Assembly: GCF_022539665.2 (NCBI RefSeq)
Contig: NC_081333.1
Location: 11,346,001 to 11,410,000, forward strand
Source of the DNA: Daphnia carinata
Lineage: Eukaryota
Direction: 5' to 3'
Length of the DNA: 64,000 nucleotides
This document shows, piece by piece, positions 29,701 to 43,966 of this stretch. A program made the position numbers and the translations under genes. The first letter of the stretch is position 1. Each line of letters opens with the position of its first letter. The notes beneath the pieces are model-generated. The model saw only the letters and a program-made list of their open reading frames with translations. It was not told where the DNA came from and made no database searches.

Positions 29701-32700
29701 TTAAGAAATACATACCCAAACGCCTAGGCAACTGTTCGGGCCGGTATAAGCTTGAGGAAAAAAGGAAAAAAAAAAAAGGTCTGTGTACACTTATTAGCTC
29801 CGCTCAATGTTTAAGAACACACCCAAGAAATGGACCCAACCCCTTTTTCTTTTGCTTCCGTATATCCGGCCATCCGTATCATGTACAGCACACATGAATA
29901 CGACAATATAAAAAAGACACACATCAGATGTAGACGATCTTTTATGCGATACGTTTCGTGGTTTTTGGGGTTGGACGCCATTGAGACGGACATGTGTCAG
30001 CAATTTTTCTTGTGGCAAGTCCTCGTAAATCGCATTTGTCCATCCTAATCAAGCCATTAGGACTCACATCATTCATTGACAGATTTTTTTTTGTGGTGGT
30101 CGAGGAAAAAATCTTCGGTGCGGCGAACCCACAAATCCAATTTTGTTCGACTTCCGCCCGATACCGTGGCCGCTGTTTGCGCGATGGCATTCTCCAATTT
30201 TTTTTTTGTGTTTATTTCCAGTTGCTTTCATCCTCCTTTATTTTTTCGTTTGTTACGTCGTAGTTGTTTCTTTTGATGTCGGTGCCTCTTTGCTTTGCCT
30301 TCAAAACATGATGATTACGCTTAGAAAAAAAAAAAAAAAACGCCACCGGTTTCGTGTGTCCGTCGTTAAATCACCAGGTGTTTTCTTTTCGCTGCTCCAC
30401 TCGAGTCTATTTCTATAGAGAACTCGAGGAAATTGCTCCACAAATGCGTGTAGAAGACAAACAGTTTTGACAAGAAAAGAGGGGGAAAAAAAAAAAGAAC
30501 TTGGTAGCAATCGGCGGCGTTCTTTTTCCCCTTATTTTTTTTAATTGAAGAATTAGAAGGGAGTCAAGGGAAAAAAAAAAAAATATGTTCCTGACATTCA
30601 AAACCCAACAAATCAGACGAGTTCACGAACTTTTTTACGTCTTCATTTTTCAGGGTTGTAATTGAAGTTCTGTGTTTTGCGCCCTTTTTTTTTTTTGTCC
30701 GCCACTATCTGAAAAATTGGATGGGGGTGTTGTTGTTCCATAAAAGGTGGGCGACGAACTGATGCAGGAAGACATTTCAGAGCTATATTGATGTTCCTGC
30801 TAAATTATTAGGAAACCCGAGACAGTAATAACGCGGTTACCTTTTTCTTCTGTTTTATTTCTTAAGACCTAACTTCTCTTTTCCTGTTCTTCTCAACGAG
30901 ACCTCCCTGAATTTTTAGCTGGAAAAAACAAAAAAATGAAAGACTTTCGCCCACAACGGAGAGGTCCTATGGAAATGTTCGTTAGACATGCTTCGTACCA
31001 ACTTCTCTTTTGTTAATTGGATTACACGCAACGGCCTTGTGGCTCTTCGAACAAGAGAAGGTAAAAAAGAACAGAAGGTTCATAGCCACACACACAAGTC
31101 AGCTCATGTGGGTGGATCTGACGTGTTCCAAGTGTTGCCGAACACCCCCGCTGGTGGCTATAGAGGCGGAGGTAGGATGGCACGGTGGGGTCAGCATCTA
31201 TCGCGTTTGCTGCTGCGCACCTGACGTGCGCTCCGTTCGGCTCCGTTCAAGAGGGGGGCCAATCTTTTTTTCTTTTTCTTTTTGCCTACAAGGAGTGAGA
31301 GCTGGAGGCGTTTCCGCCGCCTCGTACTGCACACCTTTTTTTTCTTTTTTTTTTTTTTTCTCTCTTTCATCTCGGGGGTAGGAAAGAAAAAAAATCAAGA
31401 GGTAGCAGAACGAAAGAAGGAGGGTGGTAAAGCCCTGAATGTCGGGTCGTAGCAATAAGAAGTAGATGGAAAATCAACTGGAAAGGTTTCTTATTTTTTT
31501 TTTTTTATAGACTCTTCTTGTATTTTTTTCTAACCTTCCCCCTTTGCTTACTATTGCTACTACCCCATCATATGATTGCTGGCCTATACAAAGGGGCCTC
31601 CCCTTTTCTTGAAAGAGTACAGATGGACTGTGTTAGGCTGCCGGTTTCTTTCCTTTTTTATATATATATATATCGCCGTCCAGCAGGAGCAGTATTTAGC
31701 TTCGCTCTCTAACTCTCGTCTGATCCTTTTGTGTGAGCTGGTCATTATTCTAATTAGATCTGTGTATACTGTACTTACCAGAGGAAAAAAAAAGAAAAAC
31801 ACCGCCGAGCTCGTAGGTGTATTACCAAGCGCCGAAAACGGCATCCAAAACTGTTAACTGTCGGCCCTCCCGCTGTCTTTTTTCTTCTTCCATTTCGTTT
31901 CTTTAAAAAAAGCTTCCATTTTAATATATCAGAAGACGAGAATGAGGCGTGGACTCTTTACGCTGTTTGGAGCCGAGTGAGAAAATTCAACGTTCATTTG
32001 CATACGCGAGAAACGAAGAGGCCGTATAAGAAAAAAGGGCTCGTATGCGTTTTGGAAGATGAGGGTCGAGCGGCGCCTACGAACTCTTTTTCTTCATGTA
32101 ACAAATATAAATTCAAATGAAATTTGTTACTCGATATAGGACTAAATTGTGTATGTGTGTGTATGTGTATGTACATAGGGGCCTTAATAACGCTCTCTAT
32201 TGTATTATATGCAACACAATCATTGGCGACCTGAGCTTCCCCCTTTTCTTTTTCTTTGGCTGTACCATCAACCTGACAAACGAAACGAAGAATTATGGAG
32301 AGTTGTGTTTGCAAAGAAACAAGGGACGCGGCGAAAACAGAGGCAAACAGTATCATCGTCCTAATTGCATCAACGTATATAAGGCGACAAGGTGGAAAAG
32401 GAACCCCACCGGGAGAGTCATCGAGCCAAAAACCCAAAACCGCCATATCCACACGGTAGATGTTGGGGAGGCGTTGTCCCATCAATCCCCCCCCCCCCCC
32501 CCTCTTTCATTTATAGTGATGATCATCATCAACATCGTCGGATGTCTTTCACCTTTCAACTTTTGTTTCCCCCCCCCCCCCCCCTTTTTTTTTTCTTTTT
32601 CATGAAAAACATAATCACAGAGGGGAAATTGTTCAGCCAAAAAAATACGAGGCCGCCTTACTGGCCGGCCTTTTTTTTTTTTTTTTTTTTTTGGATACGC

Positions 32701-35700
32701 TGTTACGCTCTGCTTTCCGTTTCGCTTTCTGCGGCGAAACAAACAGCCGCCATACAGAGGAGCTAATGATCAGCAAGACAACAAGTGTGTCTTCTCTTCA
32801 CGGTTGGATGCTCATCAATCTGACGCGCTTTTGCGGCGAGCGCAGAAAAAAAAAAAAGGAGGAACGAATAAGAGCAGACGTGTACACAGCCGTGAATATC
32901 ATGTAGTAGCCAACACTATTAGCAGTTGCAGATAGGCAGAAAAGGGCCAAGTGGGGCTGAAGGGAAATTGGAAAAAAAAAAGAAAGAAAGAAACCGTTGC
33001 GAATGCGGGCTACCCGATGACCGTCTTATTTTCGCTTCATTTCTTTTTTGTCCTATTGTTTGTTACTTAAAGGAAGTGTCGAATCTGAAAGAGAAACCGG
33101 TCGCCTTAGAGCTGCTACAGTTGCTGATGGTTGAGCACGAAAAAAGAGGGGATTCAAAGAAGAAGGAAGCCGAAGAATGTTGTAGTTTATCCGATCCAAA
33201 AGTAGCCTAAATGGTGGCTCGATGAAATGAAAGAAAAGAAAAACTTGGAATAGTTCGCGCCTTGAATAGAAATGTACAGAAACAGGCAAGAAGGGAAGAA
33301 GAAGATTGATGGATGTGTAGAGAAAAAAAAAGAAAAAAAGAAAGAAAGATATAGGGATGCGGATGAGGTTGACAAGAATTAATGACGCCGTATTGCTTTT
33401 GCTTCTGTATGTACTGGATGGCGGACCGTACGCCGGAGGTTCTTTCTTTTTCATTTCAGAGCTGAGCTTGTTGAATAGCCGCCATCCTTTTCAGGGGCGT
33501 CCTGGTGAGCAGAACTCATCATGCCCTCACCGAAAAGCCCTAAATGTGACAGTTTTTCTCTTTTTTATATATTTCTTTCATTTTTCTGTTTCCTTTATTT
33601 CATTTGCTACGCTTTCAGTTTGATGTGATTGGATTAGATCTGTCACATACGTCACAGGCAACGCCGTCAATGCGTACGAATCTTCCACCTTCTCTTTCAT
33701 CTCTCTCTAAATAAATCAATCAAAAATAGTAAATACTTTATATGTCAACGGTTTGCCTACAGCTGTGATTTCATTCGAAACCCATTCAGTCCTCGTCGTC
33801 GTCTTTTTTTTTTTTTTTTTATAATCGTGGGTATATACATCCTTTTGGCCACCAAATTGATTAGCCTGTCAGCCCTATAGCACTCGGCCAGATGACTTTC
33901 ATGAATAGCTAATAGGCAGACCGTCTGTGTGTTTATATACGTTTATACACGAGTTATACGTTTCTTGAATTTTTCATTTCTTCTTTTCACGTTTTGTCTT
34001 TCTCTCTCTTTTTTTCATCATATTCTTTGGGATAATGAGATCCTCTTGCAACATTGCGACTTTGCCTTTTGGGCTTTTTATTTATTATTCCCCTATTTGC
34101 TTTCAAGATCAAACAAGGGCCTGGAAATTGTGGTCGGACACGTCGTTTCGTATTCAAGCGTTGCGTATTTTTATATGCCCCCCGGACGAGTGAGAAATTG
34201 GTAGTCAGGTGTGAAACGATGGTCACACAACAAACGCCATTTTCTCCCCCTTGTGTGTGTGAAAAACGTTTTTCCCTGGCTGGCCCTCCCGGTTACAAAC
34301 CGACGATGATACAAACAAATGACAGGTATAGAAAAGACACAGAAATGAAAGACACGCAGCCGAGAGTTTTCTATAAACGTCGGTGCCATGCTGTATGTGT
34401 GTATAAATACGCAGTATTGTAATATTTACACGTAATATATGTACAGAATCCATTCAAATCAGTGGGCAGGAGGTATAAGGGGTGAGATGTTTAACTTCTC
34501 TGGAAGTCGTCGGTGGTATATGGCGTACAAACAGGTAGAAAGCTACCAGTATAGAATGCTTGATAGTTATGCCTGTGAGAAGAGAATGTGTGTAGAATTA
34601 AAGTAAAAAGACGAAGAGAAAATGAAAAAAAAAAAAAGAAAAGAGGAATGATGTTTCATGGCTGCTGTGTATAAGACACCGCAACATTCGAGCTACCTTT
34701 TTTTTTTTTTTCTTCCCCGTCTTCTTTCTATAAGAGTTATTCATCAAGTAGCCCCATCGTTCACTCTTGACAGATGAATGCTGCCGCGTCTTGGGCATTT
34801 TATTCCTTTTTTTTTTTTTCCTTTTTGGCTATTTCCTGATTCTTTTTGTTTTCCATGTTGGCTGCTGTTGGCGGACATGGGTGGTGGGCCCCCATCAAGA
34901 ACTCTCTCATTCTTCTGTTGTGATGACTGTAACTGTTACTTGTTTTCTCGCTGTTGAGAACGGGAGTTAGACGCGCAGGCCACTCACAAGAGTCTCTTTT
35001 TTTTTTTTTTTAAACGGAAGGACACGTAATCGCAGCCCTCCCTTACAAACACAAGTACTAGATAGTAGTAAGTCTTCCATCTTTCAGACATTTTGACTGG
35101 AGAATGTTTTTTTTTTCTTTCGCTTTTCCTCGCCCTCCCCGCGAATCATCCATCCATCTATCCCCTCGATGCTTCTGTATTTTCGTTAGAGCCAGCAGGA
35201 CCAGCAGCAACAGGTGTCTCAAGTGAAACACGTGTCGAACTACTGTATGCACTTCTGTTCAGCTTCTTGTGTACGTTGTACATAATAATACTTGGGGGGG
35301 GGGGGGGGGGTTCGCCCCGGATGCCACCGAAAAATGTTTTGGCTGCCCTCCATTCGCCGTAAATGAGAAGACCCACTGTAGTGATTGAAGAGAAATGAAA
35401 CTGTGGGAACAAAAAAATCCAGTTTGAGAAGATTATATTCTTCTTAGACTTTGTTGTTTGGATTTGATTTGAAATAAAGGGAGGAGTATTTAACGAAAAG
35501 TCTCTAAATTAAAAATGCCTGGAGACTTGATTGTTGCACTCCTCCTTTCCAATCTACTGGAGCGGACAAGTCCAGATGATGGTTAATAATCTAATTACAT
35601 CGCTCCAAGAACCTTACACACACACACACAAAAAAAACCTGTAATTCGAGAGACTGTGTAAGCCGGTCTCGCCGGTCACGCCAAATCAACCGATGCGCGC

Positions 35701-38700
35701 AGCTTCGTCATAGTTTTTCACAAAAAAAAAAAAATCGACTAATGCAAAGCCTTCATGGCGGCAGCGGCGCTATCTAATACGCAGGTGGTAATGAACCTTT
35801 TTTTTTTTTTATTTCTCCGGTCGAATAAAGAAAAAGCGTACATCCGCGTCGCCATCATTCGCATTCGCCACGCCCTATATAACTCATTGTCTGGGGTTTA
35901 TTTATTTTTTTTTTGTTGTTGTATGGTGTACAGTATAAGGTTTTAGTCGACTACAAATGAAACGGAATTTACAATATAAAAAGGAGAGGCGCGTCGCGCT
36001 GCGTGAACTTTGAGCTTTGGTCTGCAGTCCACAAGCACGAAATTTGGTTGGCTTTTGAATGATATTATCTTCTAAAAATAGCAGTGGTACCTCGCGACGT
36101 GGTCTAATTTGATAATTTCAGTGTATACACGAATTGTAGTGCATACAAAAGCGCGGTGTTGTCAAGGCACCATTTTTTTTTCGGCCTTTTGTGTCTTTTC
36201 AGAATTATTTTTTTTTTTTCTCTTTTTCTTCTTTTGTCTTTTGTTCCATTTCGTTAATATTTCGTCGCCCATTATTATACACGGCCTCCCGCTCTGGCAA
36301 TTTTGTTTTTTGAAATGCTGTGTATCGTTGCGTTCCCCTCCAAGTCTCGAGAACAAGAACGGCAGAGACAATTTGACGTTGACAAAGAAGAGTATAAGAG
36401 TGGGGTTTTGAAACAAAACAATAGAACAAGATTACTACTTTAAAAAAGAAACAAAACAAGAGTACATAACAGTGGCCACAAGACGTGGTGGTGCATATGG
36501 CGCTGTTGTTTTTATCTAACAGACTTTTTGGTGAAAGATGCTGGCTGAGAGTCCTTTCCCGAGCGCTAGGGCGTGAGAAAGAAGATTCTGAGGTCGGGGG
36601 GTAGACCAAAAGACCCAACTAACAAGCGAAGAAAGAAAGGGAAAAAAAAAAAATCCATGTCTAAGATAAATCGAGGCATTAAAATAAAGAAGAGCGCTCG
36701 AAGAAACTACGATGAAGAGCTTTTTTTTTTTTTTTTTTTTTTTGCTTCTTATCTTGCAAGTCGGAGCACCCTTGCACCCATAGCAGCACACATTTACCTT
36801 TATACAAGCATATACAACCAACATCATCGACCTCGCTACCGGTGGGCTGGGAAACCCTGTCTAACAAACCCTCCCGTCAGGAGGGAGTTTAAAAACTGTG
36901 AAGGAAAAAGACATTTTTCACGTCGTCTTTTCCGCCCTCAAAGTCTGTATGATTCGCCTTCTTTTTTTTTTTTTTGTCATGTAGTTCTTCGCTTTTCTGT
37001 GGTCCGCTCCGGGCCAGTGAGCTACGGTAGTCGGAAATCGTTACAAGAAGTAGAAAAAAAAAAAAAAAAAGAATTTGTCAGACTTTTTTTTAAAATATTT
37101 GTCAGGTCCTTCGTCTTCCCTTTCAATCCATCAGACACATCTTTTCAGCCCCCTAAGGCTCCTCAGGGTTCCGGTGTAAAAAAAAATCCTCTAGCGCGGC
37201 CTAACATTATTGGGGGGCGTCCCAACAACTATAAGGTGACAATGAATAGGCCTACTGTCACATTTAGTAGTTGCTTCTTAGGGAAACGTCTTTGGATTTC
37301 CCATTTATGGCAATCAAGTCCCGAATATCTCCGCCCTGTACGCGGCACCTCCCTCTCCTTTTCCAGCTGTAATCCGCAAAAGAAATCCAGTCTATCCCCA
37401 CCCCGAAGCATCCACAAAATGCTGCGTCTTTCTTCTCTCCATTAGGCAATGACTGGGATTTGTGCGACCAACATTAGTCTCCCTGTCACATTCTTTTTTT
37501 TTCTTTTCATTCTCCCCCATCATTTCTTTTATACCAACCACAGAATTGTGACGATGGTGATGATAATGATGACAGTAGTTTCCCGCATGATATATAGTGA
37601 CTCTCTCTCGAACAGATATATCCAGTTCGGACCGATTTAGAATTTTGAAAAAATAAAATAAAAAACTGGACGGTGGATGGTGCAAATGTCGTGAGAAGCT
37701 TCTCGGAATGCGGATGTCTGTTCTCTTATTTTTGGGGGCTCGTTTTTTTTTTTTTAAACGCAAAAAGTAGTTGAACTAGCACGTCATCAGACCAACATTG
37801 AAATGCTGGCGGGACTTATCATTTTCTTCGTCCTACTGGTAGTAGACATATAGAACTTGATATAGCTCTAGTTACGACCCATTTTCTTCATTGCCTCAAA
37901 CCGTAATCAGCTTCCTTCTGTTGGGCTGGTTTGGCGTTGTTATTGTCTCAATTTTCTAAAACAGCTTTTTGACTTTTCGTTATGTCTATACGACGGCATT
38001 GTACGAAAAAATGAAAAAGGACAAAAGACTTATGTTAGCCTCAATAATCGTTGTCATTACGTGCATCCTTTTTTGTCCAATTCCAACAAAAGACGACTCG
38101 ATGTAAGAGAGAGGAAAAAAAAGAACGTGAAAATGTCATTATCCCAGCCGTCAATGCGGATGCTTCAAATTGGTGCATATAAACAGAGACGGCTTTTCCT
38201 ACTGGCTTTAAATTTATTTATTTATTTTTTTTTTAGTATATGTCCAGAGAAAATTTGCAATCTCATTCTTCTACTGTACCGTCATCATCATTACATTGCA
38301 TCATACACGGACGCAATAAACGTTCATGTGAAGTAAAGCGCTGGAAAAAATGCAGACGTCTCCCCTATACAGCTGCACGCGTACGAAACAGATAAATGCA
38401 TTTTTTTTTTTTTTTTTTTTTCGTTATATACAAAATGCAGTTCCATCTCCAGTGCGGCATGTGGAACCCTCTTTAAGTGTTCGACCTATACTTTTCTTTT
38501 GGCGTATCCAATCAATATAAGCATCCCCCGTCCATCTGGCGATGCTTCTATTCTTGTTATTATCCGGGATCGAAAAGCCGAACAGCAGCCAGCCTTAATT
38601 AACACGGTCAGTGCTTTTCTCGTTCTGTAACACGCAACCATTAACAAGTAGCGCGCTTACTTCACTGTTTTCCCTTTTTATCGCCAATAGATGTTTCCGC

Positions 38701-41700
38701 CTTCCTTTTTCTTCTTTCAGATTTGACAGTGCGTGGTATTTCCTTTTTATTCCGAAAATCTTTTAAGTTTTCTTTGTCGGGTGGCTGTATGAAGTGGAAT
38801 GAGTAATCTGGTCGTGCCCAGTTGGTATACTGTAAAAGAAAAAATTCCGTCTCTCTTTTATTTCAAAAACTACAAGCGCAACGAATCGATAATTCATTAC
38901 GAAACTCTGTGCGGGTTCGATGGTGGCGCTGGTCTTTAGAGAAAACCTTCGTCCTTGCGCAAACGAGAAGGGAAAAAGGAAAACAATTAGTTCGTTACGC
39001 TGCGCACATCCTTATCACGTGAAACGAGGGCCACGTACTTTTGTGTGTTCGCTTCTTTCAGCCTTTTCTCTTATTCACTCGCTCGCTACCGGTTTTGTAA
39101 TCGACACAAGTCGTTTGGCAGAAAGTTTGCCCCTCTCGAAATGAGATAAGATCGAAGAGGTTATTAGAATTCATTCACCACCTTCGTTGTCTCGTCGGCT
39201 CTTAGTTTGTTTTCCTGCCATCAGACCTGCATGTAGAGTGGGCAATAGATGAGAGGATCATTAGCAAAAAAAAAAAAAAAAGCCAAGGTTGACGATAGTT
39301 GACTGTTTTTGGTGCTACTTTCTATGCGCTTCTCGTCGCTCTAATGAATGTTTGTGGAAACCTCTCAAAAAGTTTGAAGTGAAAATAACAAAAGGGTTCT
39401 ATTATTCAGACGCGACCAATACAATGCGGGGACTTTTCAATCAGATACACAAGTAGCTCGTTAGCGTTTGTTTTTGTTTTTTTCCCCTTTTCCCCTCACT
39501 CCCGTTCTCTTATCTGCGAAGCTTCTGTAATGGCTTCTCGCGCTAGGTATAATCTCTTAGTGCCAATCTTTTTGCAAATATTTTTTGTTTTCACTAGAAA
39601 TGTTGTGAAATCCTTTTGAAAACAAAATACGATTTGCAATCAGATCAAATCTCAATTATGCGTAGCTAGGAGACGGACTGTATTTAAAGTGCCGGCCTTG
39701 AAGGATTCGCATTGTGGCATTTATCAAGACCAAATAATCCCAACAGGCAAAACAGTCTGGTTGAAAAACAAAGGAGAGGAGGCAAACCGAAATTGAGGAA
39801 AGCGGAAGTTTGCCGTTTCATTATGCGGATGTTTGCGCCCTTTTGAACCTATTACAATAAACGCATAGAGGTTTGTTAGTGTGTCGCGACTGAATGGCGC
39901 TCGGGAGAAATACAGGGATTGTGTTTAACTGGAAAATTCATCCACCTGGAAAAAGAAAGAATACGAGGAAAGGTTATTGGATGGGAAAAAAAAAGGTTCG
40001 ACAAATAACGTCGAACAAGAAAGACGACCAAATAACCTGAGATGGAGGACATGTTTCCTAGCGCAAAAAAATAGCCGTTCGTTACTTTTTTTTTTTTTTC
40101 TATTCGGGACAATCCCACAGAGCTCGCCATTACTTTCAGAGGATAGCAGTTATATAGACACACATACTGGCCACATTGATTGATTGCCTATGGTGTATTT
40201 TCGCTTTTTCAAAGGCTTCAATCGGGTTTCAAATACGCGTTTGAATACCAAGTAAGGTTCCCGCCTTTTATTGATCCCCGGTCTAGTCGACCATAAAAAT
40301 ACATCGTTTCTTATCTTCTCTTTCCCGTTGATTTTTGATTGAATCACTGCTTTTGATGGTCGTCCTCAACGCTCGTTGCCTTTCTGTATCTATATATATA
40401 TATAGCCCAATGCAATAAAGCACGCACGCCAAAGAAGCCCGATGAAAGCCAATATGTTTGCGTTGGAATACATACATCTTCACACACGTCGTCTTACACT
40501 ATTTCGCTAGATCGGCTCGATAGCTGATTCGTTTTTATTTCCGTCCCTCTCTTGTGTTCTCTCGACATTGTACGACGTTGGTTACGATTGCTGAGTGAAA
40601 AGCAATAAATCCGACTGCGCATAGCACCGATATTGATATGTGGCGATATTAGATATTGCTGGAAGAGGCGATATAGCATCAGCGCATTGCTATTCCTGTG
40701 TACAAGTCGAGAAACATAGACTCTAGGCCAACCTGAAAACCTATAACTCAGCTGCTTGGAAAACTGATATGATTCAAAGATCCCGCTCCTAGACGATCGG
40801 CGGCCACGATTTCTTGTTTTCTTTTTTCCCTATTGTAACAGAAAGTTAAAATAGAATTTAACGACCAGCCTGATGCGTCAGAAGGATTTCGCCATTGCCG
40901 AGCGTGTGGCCACACACAACAACACGGACGGTTATAAAATCGAGACAAATGAGAATTTATTTTTCAAGGACTCTGCAACAAAGCTCGAGAGAGACCAGCT
41001 TTGAAAATGATACAAACATAATCATTAAAGTAATTGTTACTGTAGTATTATTTTTATGCGACGCTGGAAGTCGGCGTAGGCATTTTAAGGATAGGCTGTT
41101 GTTAGTACGGATTCAGAAGACCACCCAGAAAAAAACGGAGTAAAGCGTTTACGGATTAATCGTACTCTTTATCTCTCTGCTTCCGCCACCTTCTTTCGTT
41201 TTTCTTTGAATGGTATAACGTTTGTACATAATAGACATTGTTAAGAACGGAAGCAGTAGAGCGAAGCCAGGAGGTCTCCATTCTTACACAGTATTGAAAA
41301 GCATTGAATTTAAGCGCTCAACGGGTAATTTCCGGTCGAGTCATTTGTAGTTTGTGTTGATAATATAATACCGTGAGGCGATCGAGGCTCTGTGCGTTGT
41401 ATACGTAACAACCTCGGGCAGGCCAACTCATCCTCACTGTGACTCCACGCTCGACTCGCTCTTTGGATAAATCAGAATAAACACGGATAAATCAGCTGCT
41501 GGGCCTGCTCGACAAAGGAGCGTGTCCAAATTCAGAATGTAAGAGATGAAAGCTGAGAGGATGGAGGAGACACAAGAGAGAAAGAAGAAGAGGAGCGATC
41601 TAGGTGTGCTCATGCTGCAATAAAGAAAGAAAAAAAAAACGGAGAGACGTATATGTATATATATATATATATAGAAGAAGCCTATTCATTTCACGGTCGA

Positions 41701-43966
41701 CTTGTTCCACACGAATAAAGGCGATAGAGAACCAGTTTCAACGCACAGCTCGGGGGGTCTGTCCCAAGGATGGAATAGACACACACACACACACACCTTA
41801 GGATCTATATTTTAGGTCTATATATAAAATCTGGCAAACATTTAGGAAGATTGTGGCCTTTACAATCTATCCCTAGTGAAACGGAGGTGAGAAAGATATA
41901 GGAGGGCCTATGTTATATATGCATACACCTACTTGAAAACATCACCGGACCGGAAACGAGAAGGTGGGATGAAGGGCCACTGGAAGTAACTGAAACGTTT
42001 AGTGGACAAAAGAAGCGATGTTTTTTTTTTTTTTTTCTTTTTCTATAGCCGCTTCCTAGCCGGATAACAACTGACCCCTCTTTTCCACCTCCAATTTTGA
42101 ATAGAGCGAAAAACCCGAAAGCAATAGCACTTTCCCCCAATATACTGCTCCTTAAAGGCAATCCATTAGTTTATTGTGGAGGCTGTTTAAGAGAAGGCTC
42201 AATACTGACAATGACTAACCCTTTTTTTTTTCTTCTCTTTACAGTTCACTGGCTTCGACCTTGTATATGCAGACGGCATCCACCGTGTTCACCCTACAAA
42301 TAAAGGAGTTCAGGTGTTTGGTGCTTCTATTATATGAGAGCAGAAGGGGGATGAAAAAGATAAAAAAAAACTGACCGTCCAGTTAGTTGTTTACCGGAGC
42401 AAGCAGGAGGGATGTTTTTTTTTCCTTTCTTATTCACTATAGTGTGTGTATACAATCCCATTTCTAAAAAAAAAAAAAAAAAACCTTGGAATTGTCAGAA
42501 GCTGGAAGTGAAGCGAGAAAAGGAAAAAAAGTTTTCTCATTCAGTCATTCTGTCCGCCTTGTCCGTTTCTTTTGAATAAACAGCTACCTATATTTTCTTC
42601 TTATTCCAATCCCGATTTTTCAGTGCTGTCAAAAAGAAAGGGAGAAATAAGCGACTGTAAAGGAAAAAACATTAATAGGTAAAGAGCTTTTAAAAGACTT
42701 ATGAAACTTTTCTTCATTCAATTTCAAATGATTTTATCCTTCTCTAGCTACCCTTGGTAAAAAAAGCAAGACATAAACAGAGGATTTGACATAGCAGCCA
42801 CGCTGAACAATATTCGACATTGGCGAAATTTCCACCTCTAATGGCAGCCGAGTGCGATTTTCACCTGGTATATGCGTGTCGACAAGAGAACGACACCTTA
42901 TTTGGTGACCGCTCGGTTGAGTGCGCTAATTTGAACACTGTTCTATTGATGTTTTATCATGTCCATCATGAAAATTGGCGAGAGATCTACAGTTAAGACG
43001 ACAAAAAATTGTATAGTATCATAAATGAAATCAGCCTCACCACCTGTTGAGCTATTTTCTCAATGCTATTGGGATTATTTAAATTTTGTTGTGCTTTGTT
43101 TTACTTGCTGAGTCAATGTTATCGTAACTGTAGAAATTTCGTATAGATGAATTATCCTAATTGTAAAAATTGCATATAAATGAAGTCAAGGTGTTTGCTT
43201 ATGAGTTTCACGATAAGGATTTTATCAAAAATCCTTTTTATTATCCACTATTGACCTCCTATTTCCTAATGTTGCTGGCGATAGATGGCGTTTCGTTTTT
43301 CAGTGGTACCTCCACTAAACTTTTATACATTTTTTAAACTCCTGTTATGCGAAAATTAGTGTGGGGCAAACGGTGCAGTGGAACGTGAAGTTCCCGTAAT
43401 TTTAGAATAAACGTTGAAAACGTAGAGAGCAATTAGTCGCCCAATTGCAGTTTCGGCTGTTTTTTTTTTTACAGCAGATAGCGTTTACCATAATTTGATA
43501 AAATGCTAGCGCGCCAGTACGCTACAGCGCTAGCGTGACAATATATTTAGTGTATTTCAAAGACGGTTAATTTAAGGAGAAAACCAATAGCTGAACCGAA
43601 ATCAGCGTTCAATTTTCATTAGACTGTGTGAGTTTCGTCGAATTCCAAGAGATGTCGTTTGGGCCGATTTTGACAAAAGTGAGAAGGGTATAGCCTTCTC
43701 ATTTTTTCATTTTTGGCCAAATTTCAAATTTCACTTATAATATATGATTTTGATGCAAAATTGAAAAATAATTATGGCAATCCGTTTTACATGAAAAAAA
43801 AAAAAAAAAAAAATCGCACTTTTTTCTCTTTTTTCTACCCGTAGCCATCTATCAGTCGGTTTCGTTATTACAGGCATGTAAGCAATTTGAGTTAATTGTA
43901 TCCCATTAGCAGTTAATTGAGTAGCGTGGCTGGAGAACAACGCGTGGCTGGAGGAACAATTGAAAA

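Noticed and set aside
36573..37445. 290-aa ORF on the + strand
   Set aside because: It runs through poly(A)/poly(T) tracts giving K and F runs, has no ATG start or domain-like content, and is most likely a chance ORF.
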